From contig JAJZTH010000016.1 of NCBI GenBank assembly GCA_021849075.1, positions 1,505 to 65,504 of the forward strand: a DNA stretch of 64,000 nt. The letters are read 5' to 3'. Under the pieces are notes generated by a model. It was given only the letters and a program-made list of their open reading frames with translations. It was not told the origin of the DNA and did no database searches. The stretch is from Pseudomonadota bacterium. GTDB lineage: Bacteria > Pseudomonadota > Alphaproteobacteria > Sphingomonadales > Sphingomonadaceae. The first letter of the stretch is position 1, and the number at the start of each line of letters is the position of its first letter. Shown piece after piece: positions 1-10,215 of the stretch. The position numbers and the translations under genes are program-made.

Positions 1-890
1 CGCACCACCTGTTCGATCTTGTCGGTCAGCGCCTTGGGCGCATCATCGAACAGCAGATGCGCCTCATCGAAGAAGAAGACCAGCTTGGGCTTGTCCGGGT
101 CGCCGACCTCGGGCAGCGTCTCGAACAATTCGCTCAGCAGCCACAGCAGGAAGGTCGCATAGAGTTTGGGCGACTGCATCAGCTTGTCGGCGGCCAGCAC
201 ATTCACATAGCCGCGCCCCTTGTCGTCCACCTGCAACATGTCGTGAATGTCGAGCGCGGGTTCGCCGAAGAAATGGTCGCCGCCCTGGCTTTCCAGTTGC
301 AGCAATTGCCGCTGGATCGCGCCGACGCTGGCCTTGGTGACATTGCCATAGCGCGCCGACAGCGTGTCGGCATTGTCCGCGCAATAGGCCAGCATCGCCT
401 GCAAATCGCCCAGGTCCAGCAGCAACAGCCCTTCTTCATCGGCATATTTGAACGCGATCGACAGCACGCCTTCCTGCGTTTCGTTGAGGCCCATCAGCCG
501 CGCCAGCAGCAGCGGTCCCATTTCGCTGACGGTGGTGCGGATCGGATGACCCTGTTCCCCATAGAGATCCCAGAAGATGGCCGGATTATCGGCATAGGCA
601 TAATCGGACATGCCGACTTCCGCGGCGCGCGCGACCAGCTTGTCGGCATTTTTCGCGGTGGGCGAACCGGCCATGGAGATGCCGGCCAGATCGCCCTTCA
701 CATCGGCCAGAAACACCGGCACGCCCAGCGCTGAAAAGCTTTCGGCAATGCCCTGCAACGTCACCGTCTTGCCCGTGCCGGTCGCCCCGGCGATCAGCCC
801 GTGCCGGTTGGCGCGGCGCAGGTTCAGCGTCTGGGGAACCCCGCCATCCTTGTCCGGTGCGCCAAGGCCGATGAAAATGCCGTCGCTCAT
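1..890 (-). CDS. DUF853/HerA-like P-loop ATPase (YjgR family), 3' end outside window
   Basis: Manual translation from ATG at 890: MSDGIFIG...[20 protein letters not shown]...[10 protein letters not shown] and later [12 protein letters not shown]. Missing from the ORF track because it has no stop in the window. Confidence 0.9.
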   Translation of the reverse strand, partial: MSDGIFIGLGAPDKDGGVPQTLNLRRANRHGLIAGATGTGKTVTLQGIAESFSALGVPVFLADVKGDLAGISMAGSPTAKNADKLVARAAEVGMSDYAYADNPAIFWDLYGEQGHPIRTTVSEMGPLLLARLMGLNETQEGVLSIAFKYADEEGLLLLDLGDLQAMLAYCADNADTLSARYGNVTKASVGAIQRQLLQLESQGGDHFFGEPALDIHDMLQVDDKGRGYVNVLAADKLMQSPKLYATFLLWLLSELFETLPEVGDPDKPKLVFFFDEAHLLFDDAPKALTDKIEQVV

Positions 891-911
891 TGCTGCAACT
901 CCGAAAAGAAA

Positions 912-955
912 ACCCGTTCGCCCTGAGCCTTGCGACAGGCTCAGCCCGAACGGGT
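912..955. repeat. REP-like palindrome, copy 1 (short)
   Basis: acccgttcgccctgagcct...aggctcagcccgaacgggt inverted repeat; same core as 39107, 47976 and 63966. Confidence 0.85.
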
Positions 956-1006
956 CTGATAGGGCGTCCTCACTCTACCGGGTGAGGGCGTTTGGGCAAG
1001 CGTCGC

Positions 1007-2512
1007 TTATTTGTCGCGCAGGCGAACCGGCAGGAAGATCGCCGCCTGGCCACGGCGCAGCACCTGCAACAATACGGCGTTGCGGCCCTGCGCGGATACG
1101 GCCTTCACCTGCGCGTCAAGTTCCGCCTGGCTCGCGACCGGGCGATTGTTGGCGCTGATAATGACGTCGCCGCGACGCAGGCCCTTGGCCCCCGCATCGG
1201 TCGATCCGTCGACGGCGGTGATCACGATGCCGCGCGTGTCGGCGGCGACGCCCAGTTGGCGAATGATCCCCGGCGTCAACGGGATGGCGGAAATGCCCAG
1301 CGACTGTTCGGTCGCCTTGCCCGGATTTTGCGGCTGCTGGCTGAAATCCTCATCGCCCTGCTGCTGGGCGAAGTTGTTCAGCTCGTCTTCCGACGGGCGC
1401 TCGCCCACAACGGCGTTCACCGTCATGCGCTGACCGTTGCGAATAAGGACGATGGGCACGCGCGCGCCGATCGCCTGATTGGCGACGATCGAGGACAGGT
1501 TCTGGTCCACGGTCACTTCCTGCCCGGCGACGCTGACGATCACATCGCCGGCTTTGATTCCGGCCTTTTCCGCGCCCTTGCCCGGCTCGACGCCCTGGAT
1601 GAATTCGCCGCTATTCTTGGCCAGACCCAGCGAATCGGCCAAGTCTTCGCCCAGCGGGCTGATCTGCACGCCCAGATAGCCGCGCTTGATCGCCTGACCC
1701 TTGCGCAGCGTGTCCACGATCGGCGCCGCCTGTTCCGACGGAATGGCGAAACCGATGCCGACATTGCCGCCCGATGGCGACAGAATCTGGCTGTTGATGC
1801 CGATCACATTGCCGCGCATGTCGAACATCGGGCCGCCGGAGTTGCCCTGGTTGATCGATGCGTCGGTCTGGATGAACTTGTCATAGCTGCCGCCGGTGCC
1901 GCGATGCAGGGCGGAAATGATGCCCGCCGTCACCGTACCCGACAAGGCGAAGGGGTTGCCGATCGCGACCACCCAGTCGCCCACGCGCGACTTGGTGCTG
2001 TCGCCGAACTTCACGAAGGGCAGGGGGGTGGGCGATTCGATCTTCAGCACCGCCAGATCGGTCGCGGCGTCGCGGCCGACCAGCTTGGCGGGATATTCCT
2101 TCTTGTTGGTCAGCGTGACGGTGATCGAATCCACGCTGGCGCCTTCCGCGCCGGCCGACACCACATGATTGTTGGTGACGATATAGCCGTCGGCCGAAAT
2201 GATGAAGCCCGAACCCAGCGACTGGGCCTGACGGGTCTGGGGCTGGCCGCCCTGACCCTGGCCGAACAGGTCGCCAAAGGGAGTGCCGGCGAAGGGGTTC
2301 TGCACCTGCACGCGCTGCTTGGTCGAAATATTGACGACGGCGGGTTGCAGCTTTTCGACCATGTCGGCCAGGCTGGCGGGCGCGCCTGCCGGGGCTGCCG
2401 CCGTCAATCCTTCATTCTGCGCGACCTGCGCGCCGACATTGGAGCTGGTGGTGACGGCAATGGCGGTGCCGCCGAGCAGCAGGGCGCCGGTGATGGCATA
2501 AGCGTAACGCAC
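1007..2512 (-). CDS. degP: Do/DegP (HtrA) periplasmic serine protease
   Basis: TNNHVV, DLAVLK, QTDASINQGNSGG and two PDZ domains; GTG start at 2512 after a GAAGAGG RBS. Confidence 0.93.
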   Translation of the reverse strand: MRYAYAITGALLLGGTAIAVTTSSNVGAQVAQNEGLTAAAPAGAPASLADMVEKLQPAVVNISTKQRVQVQNPFAGTPFGDLFGQGQGGQPQTRQAQSLGSGFIISADGYIVTNNHVVSAGAEGASVDSITVTLTNKKEYPAKLVGRDAATDLAVLKIESPTPLPFVKFGDSTKSRVGDWVVAIGNPFALSGTVTAGIISALHRGTGGSYDKFIQTDASINQGNSGGPMFDMRGNVIGINSQILSPSGGNVGIGFAIPSEQAAPIVDTLRKGQAIKRGYLGVQISPLGEDLADSLGLAKNSGEFIQGVEPGKGAEKAGIKAGDVIVSVAGQEVTVDQNLSSIVANQAIGARVPIVLIRNGQRMTVNAVVGERPSEDELNNFAQQQGDEDFSQQPQNPGKATEQSLGISAIPLTPGIIRQLGVAADTRGIVITAVDGSTDAGAKGLRRGDVIISANNRPVASQAELDAQVKAVSAQGRNAVLLQVLRRGQAAIFLPVRLRDK

Positions 2513-2647
2513 TCGTGACGGTCCTCTTCGAAACTGCGGGATAGGGAAGGCGGGACTTGGGGGAAGCCCAGCCATGCGCCGCCTTGCCTTAACCCTCATT
2601 GAATGACGCTGGTTCCGTAATGATCCCGCAGGATACATGACGAAAGT

Positions 2648-3493
2648 TTAACGTCCTCCCTGAAACTGGCGCAGGAACTGGTTGTCCGGCGACAGGATGA
2701 TATTGGTCTGCCCGCTGCGTTCGGGCGAGAAGGTGTAGCGATAGCTCTGCATGGCCCGATAGAAATCGTAGAAACTCGGGTCCTTGCCATAGCTTTCGGC
2801 ATAGATGCGCGCGGCGTTGGCGTCCGCTTCGGCGCGGATGATCTGCGCCTGCTTGGCCCCCTGCGCCTCGATCGTCAGCGCTTCCTGCTTGCGCGCGGTG
2901 CTCATACGGGTGAAGGCGCTTTCCAGCGGCGTGCCGTCGGGCAGGTCGGCGCGCTTGATCCGCACGTCGACGATCTGCGCGCCATATTGGCGGGCGACCC
3001 GGTTCAGGCCGGCCTCGATATTGTCCATCACCTGACCGCGCTCGGGGCTGAGCAGCGCGGCGAAGGGCCGCTTGCCCAGTTCGTTGCGCAGCGCGGACCC
3101 CAGAATCGGGCGCAACGCATCCGACACCTTCTCCTCGCTGCCCGCCGTGATGTACATGCGCAGCGGATTGACGATGCGATAGCGGGCGAAGGCGTCGACC
3201 TGCAGGCGCAACTGGTCGGTCGACAGCACCTGCTGCCGCTCCATTTCGACCGAAAGGACGCGCTTGTCGATCCAGACGATCTGGTCGATGAAGGGCGCGC
3301 GCAGGATGATGCCCGCGCCCGTCTGGCCGAAATTCTCGTTAGGGCGATAGCGGTTGACGATGGCCTTTGGCTCGCCAAAGCGCACGATCACGCCTTGTCG
3401 GGTTTCCGGCACGATCGCGACCGTGCTGCCCAGCAGGATGAGGGCGACCAGCGCGATGATGGCAAGGCCGACGGGATGACGCAAAATGGACAT
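2648..3493 (-). CDS. hflC: FtsH protease modulator HflC
   Basis: N-terminal TM plus SPFH domain (IVDVRIKRADLP, FYDFYRAMQSY); follows hflK. Confidence 0.95.
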   Translation of the reverse strand: MSILRHPVGLAIIALVALILLGSTVAIVPETRQGVIVRFGEPKAIVNRYRPNENFGQTGAGIILRAPFIDQIVWIDKRVLSVEMERQQVLSTDQLRLQVDAFARYRIVNPLRMYITAGSEEKVSDALRPILGSALRNELGKRPFAALLSPERGQVMDNIEAGLNRVARQYGAQIVDVRIKRADLPDGTPLESAFTRMSTARKQEALTIEAQGAKQAQIIRAEADANAARIYAESYGKDPSFYDFYRAMQSYRYTFSPERSGQTNIILSPDNQFLRQFQGGR

Positions 3494-4632
3494 TATTGGC
3501 CCTCCGTCGCGGTGGCGCTGCTCGCGCTTTGGGCCGGGGCCGCCTGCGCACGCTTCTTGAGTTCAGGCAACGGCAGATAGGGCGTCACATTATTGCCTTC
3601 GACGATGGTCTTGTCGACGTTGGACAATACGCCCTCCATGGTTTCATAATACATGCGCCGGCGCGTCACTTCGGGCGCCAGCTTATACTGCTCATACACC
3701 TTGTCGAACGCGGCGGCCTCGCCCTGCGCCTTGGCCGTCACCTGCTGCGCGGCGGCGCGCGCCTGATTGAGGTAGGTCTGGGCGGTCTGCTGAGCGGCGG
3801 ACACGGCCTTGAACGCATCGTTGACGGCGGTCGGCGGATCGGCCTGCTTGATCGCGACGCCCTGGATGCGGATGCCCGACTTATAGCTGTCCAGGATTTC
3901 CTGCATTTTCTGCTCGACCTGCTGCTCGATGCTGCTGCGGCCCGCGCCCAGCGCATCGTCCAGGCTGACGCTGGCCAGCACCGACCGCATGGCGCTTTCG
4001 GCGACCTCGCGCACGCTGGTGTCGGGATCGGACAGCTGGAACAGATACAGCTCCGGGTTGCGGATGTTCCAGCGCACCGAATAAGCGAGGTCGATGATGT
4101 TCTGGTCGCCGGTCAGCACCAGATTTTCGCTCTCCGCGCTCACCGATCCGATGTCGATGGTGCGGATTTCCTCGACATCCACGGTCGTCACCGCCTCGAA
4201 CGGGGCGGGCAGGGTCAGGCTGATGCCGGGGGAAAGGGTGCGGCTATATTTGCCAAGGAAGGTCACGACGCCGCGCTCCTGCGGGCCGACGCGGTGGAAA
4301 CTGGTCAATACCAGCCACAGGATGACGACGATGCTGACCGCAAAAGGCCACAGCGCCTTGCCGGCGCCACGCGGCGGCATGCCGCCAAAGCCGCCGCCAT
4401 TGCCGCCACCGCCGCCCTGGCCAAAGCTTTCACGGCCCCGGCGCAGCAATTCCTCGATCGCCGACGGCCCCTTGGGATTGCCGCCGGACGGCTTGCCCGG
4501 CTGGGTCCACGGATTGCGGGGGCCGCCGTCGCCACCCTTCTGTCCGTCCCCGTCAGGTCCGTCATTCTTGCCGCCCCATGGGCCTTGGACCATTGCTGCG
4601 ATCGCGGGCATCCACCCGAATTTTCTTCTCAT
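3493..4632 (-). CDS. hflK: FtsH protease modulator HflK
   Basis: GPWG/NPW Gly-rich N-terminus, LTGDQNII, APEVTRRRMYYETME; start uncertain. Confidence 0.95.
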   Translation of the reverse strand: MRRKFGWMPAIAAMVQGPWGGKNDGPDGDGQKGGDGGPRNPWTQPGKPSGGNPKGPSAIEELLRRGRESFGQGGGGGNGGGFGGMPPRGAGKALWPFAVSIVVILWLVLTSFHRVGPQERGVVTFLGKYSRTLSPGISLTLPAPFEAVTTVDVEEIRTIDIGSVSAESENLVLTGDQNIIDLAYSVRWNIRNPELYLFQLSDPDTSVREVAESAMRSVLASVSLDDALGAGRSSIEQQVEQKMQEILDSYKSGIRIQGVAIKQADPPTAVNDAFKAVSAAQQTAQTYLNQARAAAQQVTAKAQGEAAAFDKVYEQYKLAPEVTRRRMYYETMEGVLSNVDKTIVEGNNVTPYLPLPELKKRAQAAPAQSASSATATEGQ

Positions 4633-4706
4633 GCTGCCTTCTATAGGAAGGCTCTTCTCCGAAAAACAGTGCCAATGGCTGCGAATATTGCCTACAGGGC
4701 GTCGCC

Positions 4707-5672
4707 ATGACCGATCTTGCCGATTTTGCCGCCCGTTTGACTGCCCTGACCGATGGCCGCGCCAGCACGCCGCGCGTCAAGGATGGGGTGATGACCCTTG
4801 CGCTCGACGTGGGCGGCCTCGCCCCGGATAAACGGGACGGGCTGGCCGCCGCCATTCGCGAAGGCGGCCTGACCGTGCCGGGCGTGAGTGATGTGCGCAT
4901 CGCCATGACGGCTGAAAAGAAGGTGCTGAAAATCCTCGCCGTCGCCTCGGGCAAGGGCGGGGTGGGCAAATCGACCCTGTCGGCCAATCTCGCCGTTGCG
5001 CTCCAGCGTCTGGGCATTCGGGTCGGGCTGGTCGACGCCGATATTTATGGTCCCTCGCAGGCCAAGCTGATGGGCAGCGAAGATCAAAAGCCCGTCGCCC
5101 GCGACAAGAAGCTGGTGCCCGTCACCGGCGTCGCCGGCATTCCGATGCTGTCGATGGCGCATCTGGTGGAGCCGGGCAAGGCGCTGGCCTGGCGCGGGCC
5201 GATGGTCGGCAATGCGCTCAGCCAGTTGATCGAGGCGGAATGGGGGGACACCGAACTGCTGGTGGTCGACATGCCGCCGGGCACCGGCGACATTCAGCTG
5301 ACCATGGTGCAAAAGCATAAGCCCGCCGGCGCCGTGATCGTCTCCACGCCGCAGGATCTGGCCCTGATCGACGCCACCCGCGCCGTCAGCCTGTTTGCGC
5401 AGGCCGGCGTGCCGATGGTCGGGCTGGTCGAAAATATGGCCGGCTATGCCTGTCCCCATTGCGGCGAAATCTCCGATCCCTTCGGGCAGGGCGGGGCCGA
5501 AGCCACGGCGGGCGATCTTGCCATGCCGTTTCTGGGCCGCATCCCGCTGGCGATCGACATCCGCCGCCGCTCCGACGCTGGCGATCCGCCTGCTGCCGGC
5601 GATGGTCCTTATGCCGACGCCTTCGCCGCGATCGCGCAAAAGGTGGCCGACTGGCTCAAGCAACCAGCCTGA
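4707..5672 (+). CDS. mrp: Mrp/NBP35 (ApbC) Fe-S cluster carrier ATPase
   Basis: ASGKGGVGKST, DADIYGPS, DMPPGTGD, ENMAGYACPHCG. Confidence 0.95.
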   Translation: MTDLADFAARLTALTDGRASTPRVKDGVMTLALDVGGLAPDKRDGLAAAIREGGLTVPGVSDVRIAMTAEKKVLKILAVASGKGGVGKSTLSANLAVALQRLGIRVGLVDADIYGPSQAKLMGSEDQKPVARDKKLVPVTGVAGIPMLSMAHLVEPGKALAWRGPMVGNALSQLIEAEWGDTELLVVDMPPGTGDIQLTMVQKHKPAGAVIVSTPQDLALIDATRAVSLFAQAGVPMVGLVENMAGYACPHCGEISDPFGQGGAEATAGDLAMPFLGRIPLAIDIRRRSDAGDPPAAGDGPYADAFAAIAQKVADWLKQPA

Positions 5673-5683
5673 CGAAATAACGT

Positions 5684-5780
5684 CCCCTCCCGCGTGCGGG
5701 AGGGGCGGCGAGACTTAATGAGCGCAGCGAATTTAGTCGCAGCGGGGTGGGCAGCCGCCCGCTGTCCTACACCCCATTCG
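5684..5780. repeat. Intergenic palindromic repeat of alphaproteobacterial type, probably partial
   Basis: Hairpin cccctcccgc-gt-gcgggagggg followed by gagact...agtcgcagcggggtgggc, between convergent genes. Confidence 0.6.
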
Positions 5781-5907
5781 CCACCCATAATCGCGCCCTG
5801 CGCTTCCAGCGCCAAGCCGCGCCCACTTTTCGATAGGATCAGACCAGCGCAACAAAATGTCCGATTCTGCGGGAAATATGCGAAGTTAAGCCTTGGGGCG
5901 GTCGCCG

Positions 5908-6378
5908 TTAAATCCGCAAATGCAGAAACTGGTTGAAGGCGCTCGCATGATATCCCCCGAACGCCTCGCCCTCCATGAAACCATGCGCGCGGTACAGCGC
6001 CAACGCCGGATCGAAGGCCGGCCCGCTCCCGGTTTCCAGGCTCAGCCGCGTCATCCCCCGATCCCGCGCCTGCCCAATGATATGCCGCAGCAATGCAGCC
6101 GCCACCCCGCGCCGCAAATGGTCGGGGTGGGTCCGCATCGACTTGATCTCGCCCCTGATCTCACAGTCATCGGCCACCAGCACCCTTAGCGCGCCGACCC
6201 CGGCAATGGCCGCCCCGTCCCATGCGGTCCACACCGCTATGTCGGGCCGTTGCAATCCCGACAGGTCCAGGGCGAACACGGCTTCGGCCGGGCTGTTCGC
6301 CTGCATGCCTGAAAGGTGCAGCGCCAGCAGCGCGCGGGTTTGCGGATCGGTCAGGTCGTCGGGGCGAATGTCGAACAT
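5908..6378 (-). CDS. GNAT N-acetyltransferase (YedL/YsnE-like)
   Basis: GEIKSMRTHPDHLRRGVA and SLETGSGPAFDPALALYRAHGF. Confidence 0.9.
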   Translation of the reverse strand: MFDIRPDDLTDPQTRALLALHLSGMQANSPAEAVFALDLSGLQRPDIAVWTAWDGAAIAGVGALRVLVADDCEIRGEIKSMRTHPDHLRRGVAAALLRHIIGQARDRGMTRLSLETGSGPAFDPALALYRAHGFMEGEAFGGYHASAFNQFLHLRI

Positions 6379-6455
6379 GGGCCAAGCACTAACCGGCGCT
6401 CCGCGTCTTGCAAGCGGCCATATCCTCCCCATGTCCGTCGGGAAAGGAAACGCCC

Positions 6456-6890
6456 ATGCCGCTCACCGCCCCGCAGGATATCGCCGCATTGCTGGAAGGA
6501 ACCCGCACCATTGCGCTGGTCGGCATGTCCGACCGGCCCGACCGCGCCAGCTACAGCGTGATGGCCTTCCTCCAGAATCACGGCTATCGCGTCCTGCCGG
6601 TCAATCCGCAGATTGCGGGCGAACATGTTCACGGCGAATTTGTTTGGGGTCGCCTGCCCGACATCGGCGTGCCGATCGACATGGTCGATATTTTCCGCCG
6701 CAGCGAAGCGGCCGGCGATGTGGTGGACGAAGCGATTGCCGCCGGCGCAAAATCGGTCTGGATGCAGCTAGGCGTCGTCAACGAAGCCGCCGCCGCCCGT
6801 GCCGAGGCGGCCGGTCTTCAGGTCGTGATGGACCGTTGCCCCGCGATCGAGATCCCCCGTCTGGGCGTTGCGCCGATTTCCGCCGATTAA
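6456..6890 (+). CDS. CoA-binding protein (YccU-like)
   Basis: [34 protein letters not shown]. Confidence 0.92.
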   Translation: MPLTAPQDIAALLEGTRTIALVGMSDRPDRASYSVMAFLQNHGYRVLPVNPQIAGEHVHGEFVWGRLPDIGVPIDMVDIFRRSEAAGDVVDEAIAAGAKSVWMQLGVVNEAAAARAEAAGLQVVMDRCPAIEIPRLGVAPISAD

Positions 6891-6928
6891 CCCTAGGCAG
6901 CGCGCCAAGCCCCGACTATCAGGCAGGC

Positions 6929-9196
6929 ATGGCGCGCGCACCGCGGAAGCAATCGAACAAGAGCAAAGGCGTCAGCCGGCGGACCTTGCTGGTCGGCGGC
7001 GGCGCTGCGGCGGGCCTGCTGATCGCATGGGGCGCATGGCCGCGCAGCTACCGGCCCAATCTCAACGCCGGCCCGACCGAAACGATCGTCAACGCCTTCC
7101 TGAAGATCGACCGGTCCGGCCAGATCATCGTCGTCGTGCCGCAGACGGAGATGGGTCAGGGCGTCACCACCGTCCTGCCACAGATATTGGCGGATGAACT
7201 GGGCGCAGACTGGCGCACGGTCGCGGTCCAGAGCGCGCCGGTCAGCCCGCTCTACGCCAACACGCTGCTGGCGAGAGAATGGCTGGCGAGCGACTGGACC
7301 CGCGTGCTGGGCGATGCGGGCGACTGGGCGATCGGCCAATATGCGACCCGCAGCGCGCTGATGCTGACGGGCGGCGGCACATCGATCCCGATGTTCCATG
7401 ACGCCTATCGCGATGCCGGCGCGGCCGCGCGGGTGTTGTTGTGCAAAGCGGCGGCGGCGCGCTGGTCCATCCCCTGGGAAAGCTGCGACATTCAGGACGG
7501 CCTGATTTCCGATGGCGCCGAACGGCGGATGAAGATCGGCGACGTCGTCGGCGAAGCGGTGCAGTTCGACCTGCCAGATATCCTGCCCTATCGGCAGGGG
7601 CAGGACGGGCGCCTGTCCGGGCAGGATCTGCCACGCCTGGACACCCCGTCCAAGATTGACGGCAGCCATAATTTCGCCGCCGACATTCGCCTGCCCGACA
7701 TGGTCTATGCCTCGATCCGGCAGGGACCGATCGGCGACGCCGTTCTTGCAGGAACGGACGATCGCGCAGCTGGCGGCGTCACCGGCTTCCTCAAGCTGGT
7801 GAAGCAGGAGCGCTGGGTCGCCGCCGTCGCCAGCAACTGGTGGGCCGCCAACAAGGCGCTGGATCTGGCCGACCCGGCCTTCATGCTGCGCGGCAAGCCA
7901 GTCAGCAGCGGCGGCATCGACGAAGCGCTGGAAAACGCCTTCTCCTCATCCGCCGGTCGCCGCCTCTATGCGCAGGGCGACCTGCTGCCGGTGTTCGAAG
8001 GGGCGACGATCCTCGCCAGCGAATATCAGGTCGACGCCGGCCTGCATCTTGCCCTTGAACCCCTGTCCGCCACCGCCCGCATTACCGACGATGGCGCGGA
8101 AGTCTGGATGGCGACGCAGGCCCCCGGCCTGGCCCGCGCCGCGATCGCCGACGCGCTTGGCCTGTCCGCCGACGCGGTGACGCTCTATCCGCTCCATGCC
8201 GGCGGCTCCTTCGGGCGCAAGATGGACTGGGAAGCGGGCGTGCAGGCGGCGCTCATCGCCCGCGACATGGGGCGTCCGGTGCAGTTGCAATGGTCCCGGC
8301 TGGAAGATGTTGTGCAGGATCGGCCCAGCGCGCCGGCCCATGCCCGCATGGCCGCCAAGCTCGGCCGCAACGGCGCGATCGAAGGCTGGCTGGCCAAGGT
8401 CGCGACCCCCTGCGCCATGACGCAAACATGGGCGCGGATCGCCGATGGCAAGCTGCCCCATGAAGCAGCGGAGGATGCCGCCGACACGGCGACCCGCCTC
8501 GCCGTTGCGGGCATGGCGCCGCCCTACGCCATTCCCAATTGGGCGGTGGATCATTATCCGGCCAATGTCGGCCTGCCGCTTGGCTTTACCCGGGGGAATG
8601 CGCATCTGCACAGCGCCTTCTTCACCGAAAGCTTCCTCGATGAACTGGCGCATCTGGCGAATATGGAGGCCATGTCCTTCCGCATCCAGATGCTGGGTGG
8701 CAATCCGCGGCTGGCCCATTGCCTGTCGACGGCGGCGGCGATGGGCGGCTGGCAGGGCGGCGTGCCGGGCAGCGGGCAGGGGCTGGCTGCGCATATGATG
8801 AACGGCGCCTATGCCGCTATGATGGTGGAGGCCGAAATGAGCGGCGACCGGCTGAACGTCAGCCGTATCGTCGCGGCGGTCGATGCCGGGGATCAGGTCC
8901 ATCCCGATATTGCGCGGCAACAGATTGAAAGCGGTCTGGTCTATGGCCTTGCCTATGCCATGGGCGCGTCCGTCCCCTATGAAGCCGGCCTGCCGACCCG
9001 CGCAATATTGGGCCGGATGAACCTGCCGCGCCTTGCCGACATTGGCGAAGTGACGGTCGAGCTGATGCGCAGCACGGCCGATCCCGCCGGCGTCAGCGAT
9101 CTTGCCGCGCCGCTGGTCGCCCCCGCCATCGCCAACGCCCTGTACACATGGACAGGTCAGCGTTTGCGCAGCCTGCCATTAGTGGGTGCCGCATGA
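6929..9196 (+). CDS. Xanthine dehydrogenase-family molybdopterin-binding subunit (IorB-like)
   Basis: Tat-like SRRTLL, EMGQG, TGGGTS, GGSFGR, QIESGLVYGL, APAIANA; probable start MARAPRK at 6929. Confidence 0.85.
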   Translation: MARAPRKQSNKSKGVSRRTLLVGGGAAAGLLIAWGAWPRSYRPNLNAGPTETIVNAFLKIDRSGQIIVVVPQTEMGQGVTTVLPQILADELGADWRTVAVQSAPVSPLYANTLLAREWLASDWTRVLGDAGDWAIGQYATRSALMLTGGGTSIPMFHDAYRDAGAAARVLLCKAAAARWSIPWESCDIQDGLISDGAERRMKIGDVVGEAVQFDLPDILPYRQGQDGRLSGQDLPRLDTPSKIDGSHNFAADIRLPDMVYASIRQGPIGDAVLAGTDDRAAGGVTGFLKLVKQERWVAAVASNWWAANKALDLADPAFMLRGKPVSSGGIDEALENAFSSSAGRRLYAQGDLLPVFEGATILASEYQVDAGLHLALEPLSATARITDDGAEVWMATQAPGLARAAIADALGLSADAVTLYPLHAGGSFGRKMDWEAGVQAALIARDMGRPVQLQWSRLEDVVQDRPSAPAHARMAAKLGRNGAIEGWLAKVATPCAMTQTWARIADGKLPHEAAEDAADTATRLAVAGMAPPYAIPNWAVDHYPANVGLPLGFTRGNAHLHSAFFTESFLDELAHLANMEAMSFRIQMLGGNPRLAHCLSTAAAMGGWQGGVPGSGQGLAAHMMNGAYAAMMVEAEMSGDRLNVSRIVAAVDAGDQVHPDIARQQIESGLVYGLAYAMGASVPYEAGLPTRAILGRMNLPRLADIGEVTVELMRSTADPAGVSDLAAPLVAPAIANALYTWTGQRLRSLPLVGAA

Positions 9197-10191
9197 CTCT
9201 GCCCGCCGATCATCCCGCTATCCCCACGCCCAAAGTCGGCATCTTGCTGATCAATCTGGGAACGCCCGATGCGCCCGACGCAAAGTCGGTACGACGCTAT
9301 CTGGCGGAATTCCTGTCCGACCGCCGCGTCGTGGAAATCCCGAAACTGGTGTGGCAACCGATCCTGCACGGCGCGATCCTGACCACCCGGCCAAAAAAAT
9401 CGGCCCATGCCTATCAACAGGTGTGGACGGACGAAGGCTCGCCGCTTGCCGTGCATAGCCGCGATACCGCTCGCGCATTGCAACAGGCGATGCCGCAGGT
9501 GATGGTCGACTGGGCCATGCGCTATGGCAATCCATCCATTGCGGCTCGGCTGGCTGATTTGAAGGCGCAGGGATGCGACCGCATCCTGCTCGCCCCGCTC
9601 TACCCGCAATATAGCGCCGCGACGACTGCCACCGCCAATGACGCCGCTTTTGCCGCACTGAAGGCGATGCGCTGGCAACCCGCCATCCGCACCCTGCCGC
9701 CCTATCATGACGACCCCGCCTATATCGGCGCGCTTCAGGCGTCGATCGAGGCGCACATCGCGGCGCTCGCTTTCAAGCCCGACGCGCTGCTCGCCAGTTT
9801 CCACGGCATGCCGGAACGCACCCTGCATCTGGGCGATCCCTATCATTGCCAGTCGAAGAAGACGGTGCGCCTGCTGCGCGAAGCCCTGTCGCTGCCGGTT
9901 CATATGAGCTTTCAGTCGCGGTTCGGCCGCGCCAAATGGCTGGAACCTGAAACGGAAGCGACGCTTGCCAAACTGGTGCGGCAAGGTGTCCGAAATATTG
10001 CTGTCACAACACCAGGCTTTTCTGCGGACTGCCTTGAAACCCTTGAAGAAATCGCATTGCGCGCAAAAGAAGTTTTTTTGCGCGAGGGGGGCGAAAATTT
10101 CGCCTATCTACCTTGTTTAAATGCGTCGGCGGACGCTATCACTCTGTATCAGAGGCTGATGAGCCGCGAGCTTTCGGGTTGGATCGACTGA
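9193..10191 (+). CDS. hemH: Ferrochelatase
   Basis: NLGTPD, LYPQYS, SFHGMP, FQSRFG, DCLETLEEI; ATGA overlap with the upstream gene. Confidence 0.97.
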   Translation: MTLPADHPAIPTPKVGILLINLGTPDAPDAKSVRRYLAEFLSDRRVVEIPKLVWQPILHGAILTTRPKKSAHAYQQVWTDEGSPLAVHSRDTARALQQAMPQVMVDWAMRYGNPSIAARLADLKAQGCDRILLAPLYPQYSAATTATANDAAFAALKAMRWQPAIRTLPPYHDDPAYIGALQASIEAHIAALAFKPDALLASFHGMPERTLHLGDPYHCQSKKTVRLLREALSLPVHMSFQSRFGRAKWLEPETEATLAKLVRQGVRNIAVTTPGFSADCLETLEEIALRAKEVFLREGGENFAYLPCLNASADAITLYQRLMSRELSGWID

Positions 10192-10215
10192 CCCCATTTG
10201 GAAGAGGACGCTTTT

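Noticed and set aside
5975..6928. N-terminal extension making the molybdoprotein ORF 1073 aa
   Set aside because: It overlaps the GNAT and CoA-binding genes and reads as low-complexity off-frame sequence; the Tat-like start at 6929 fits better.
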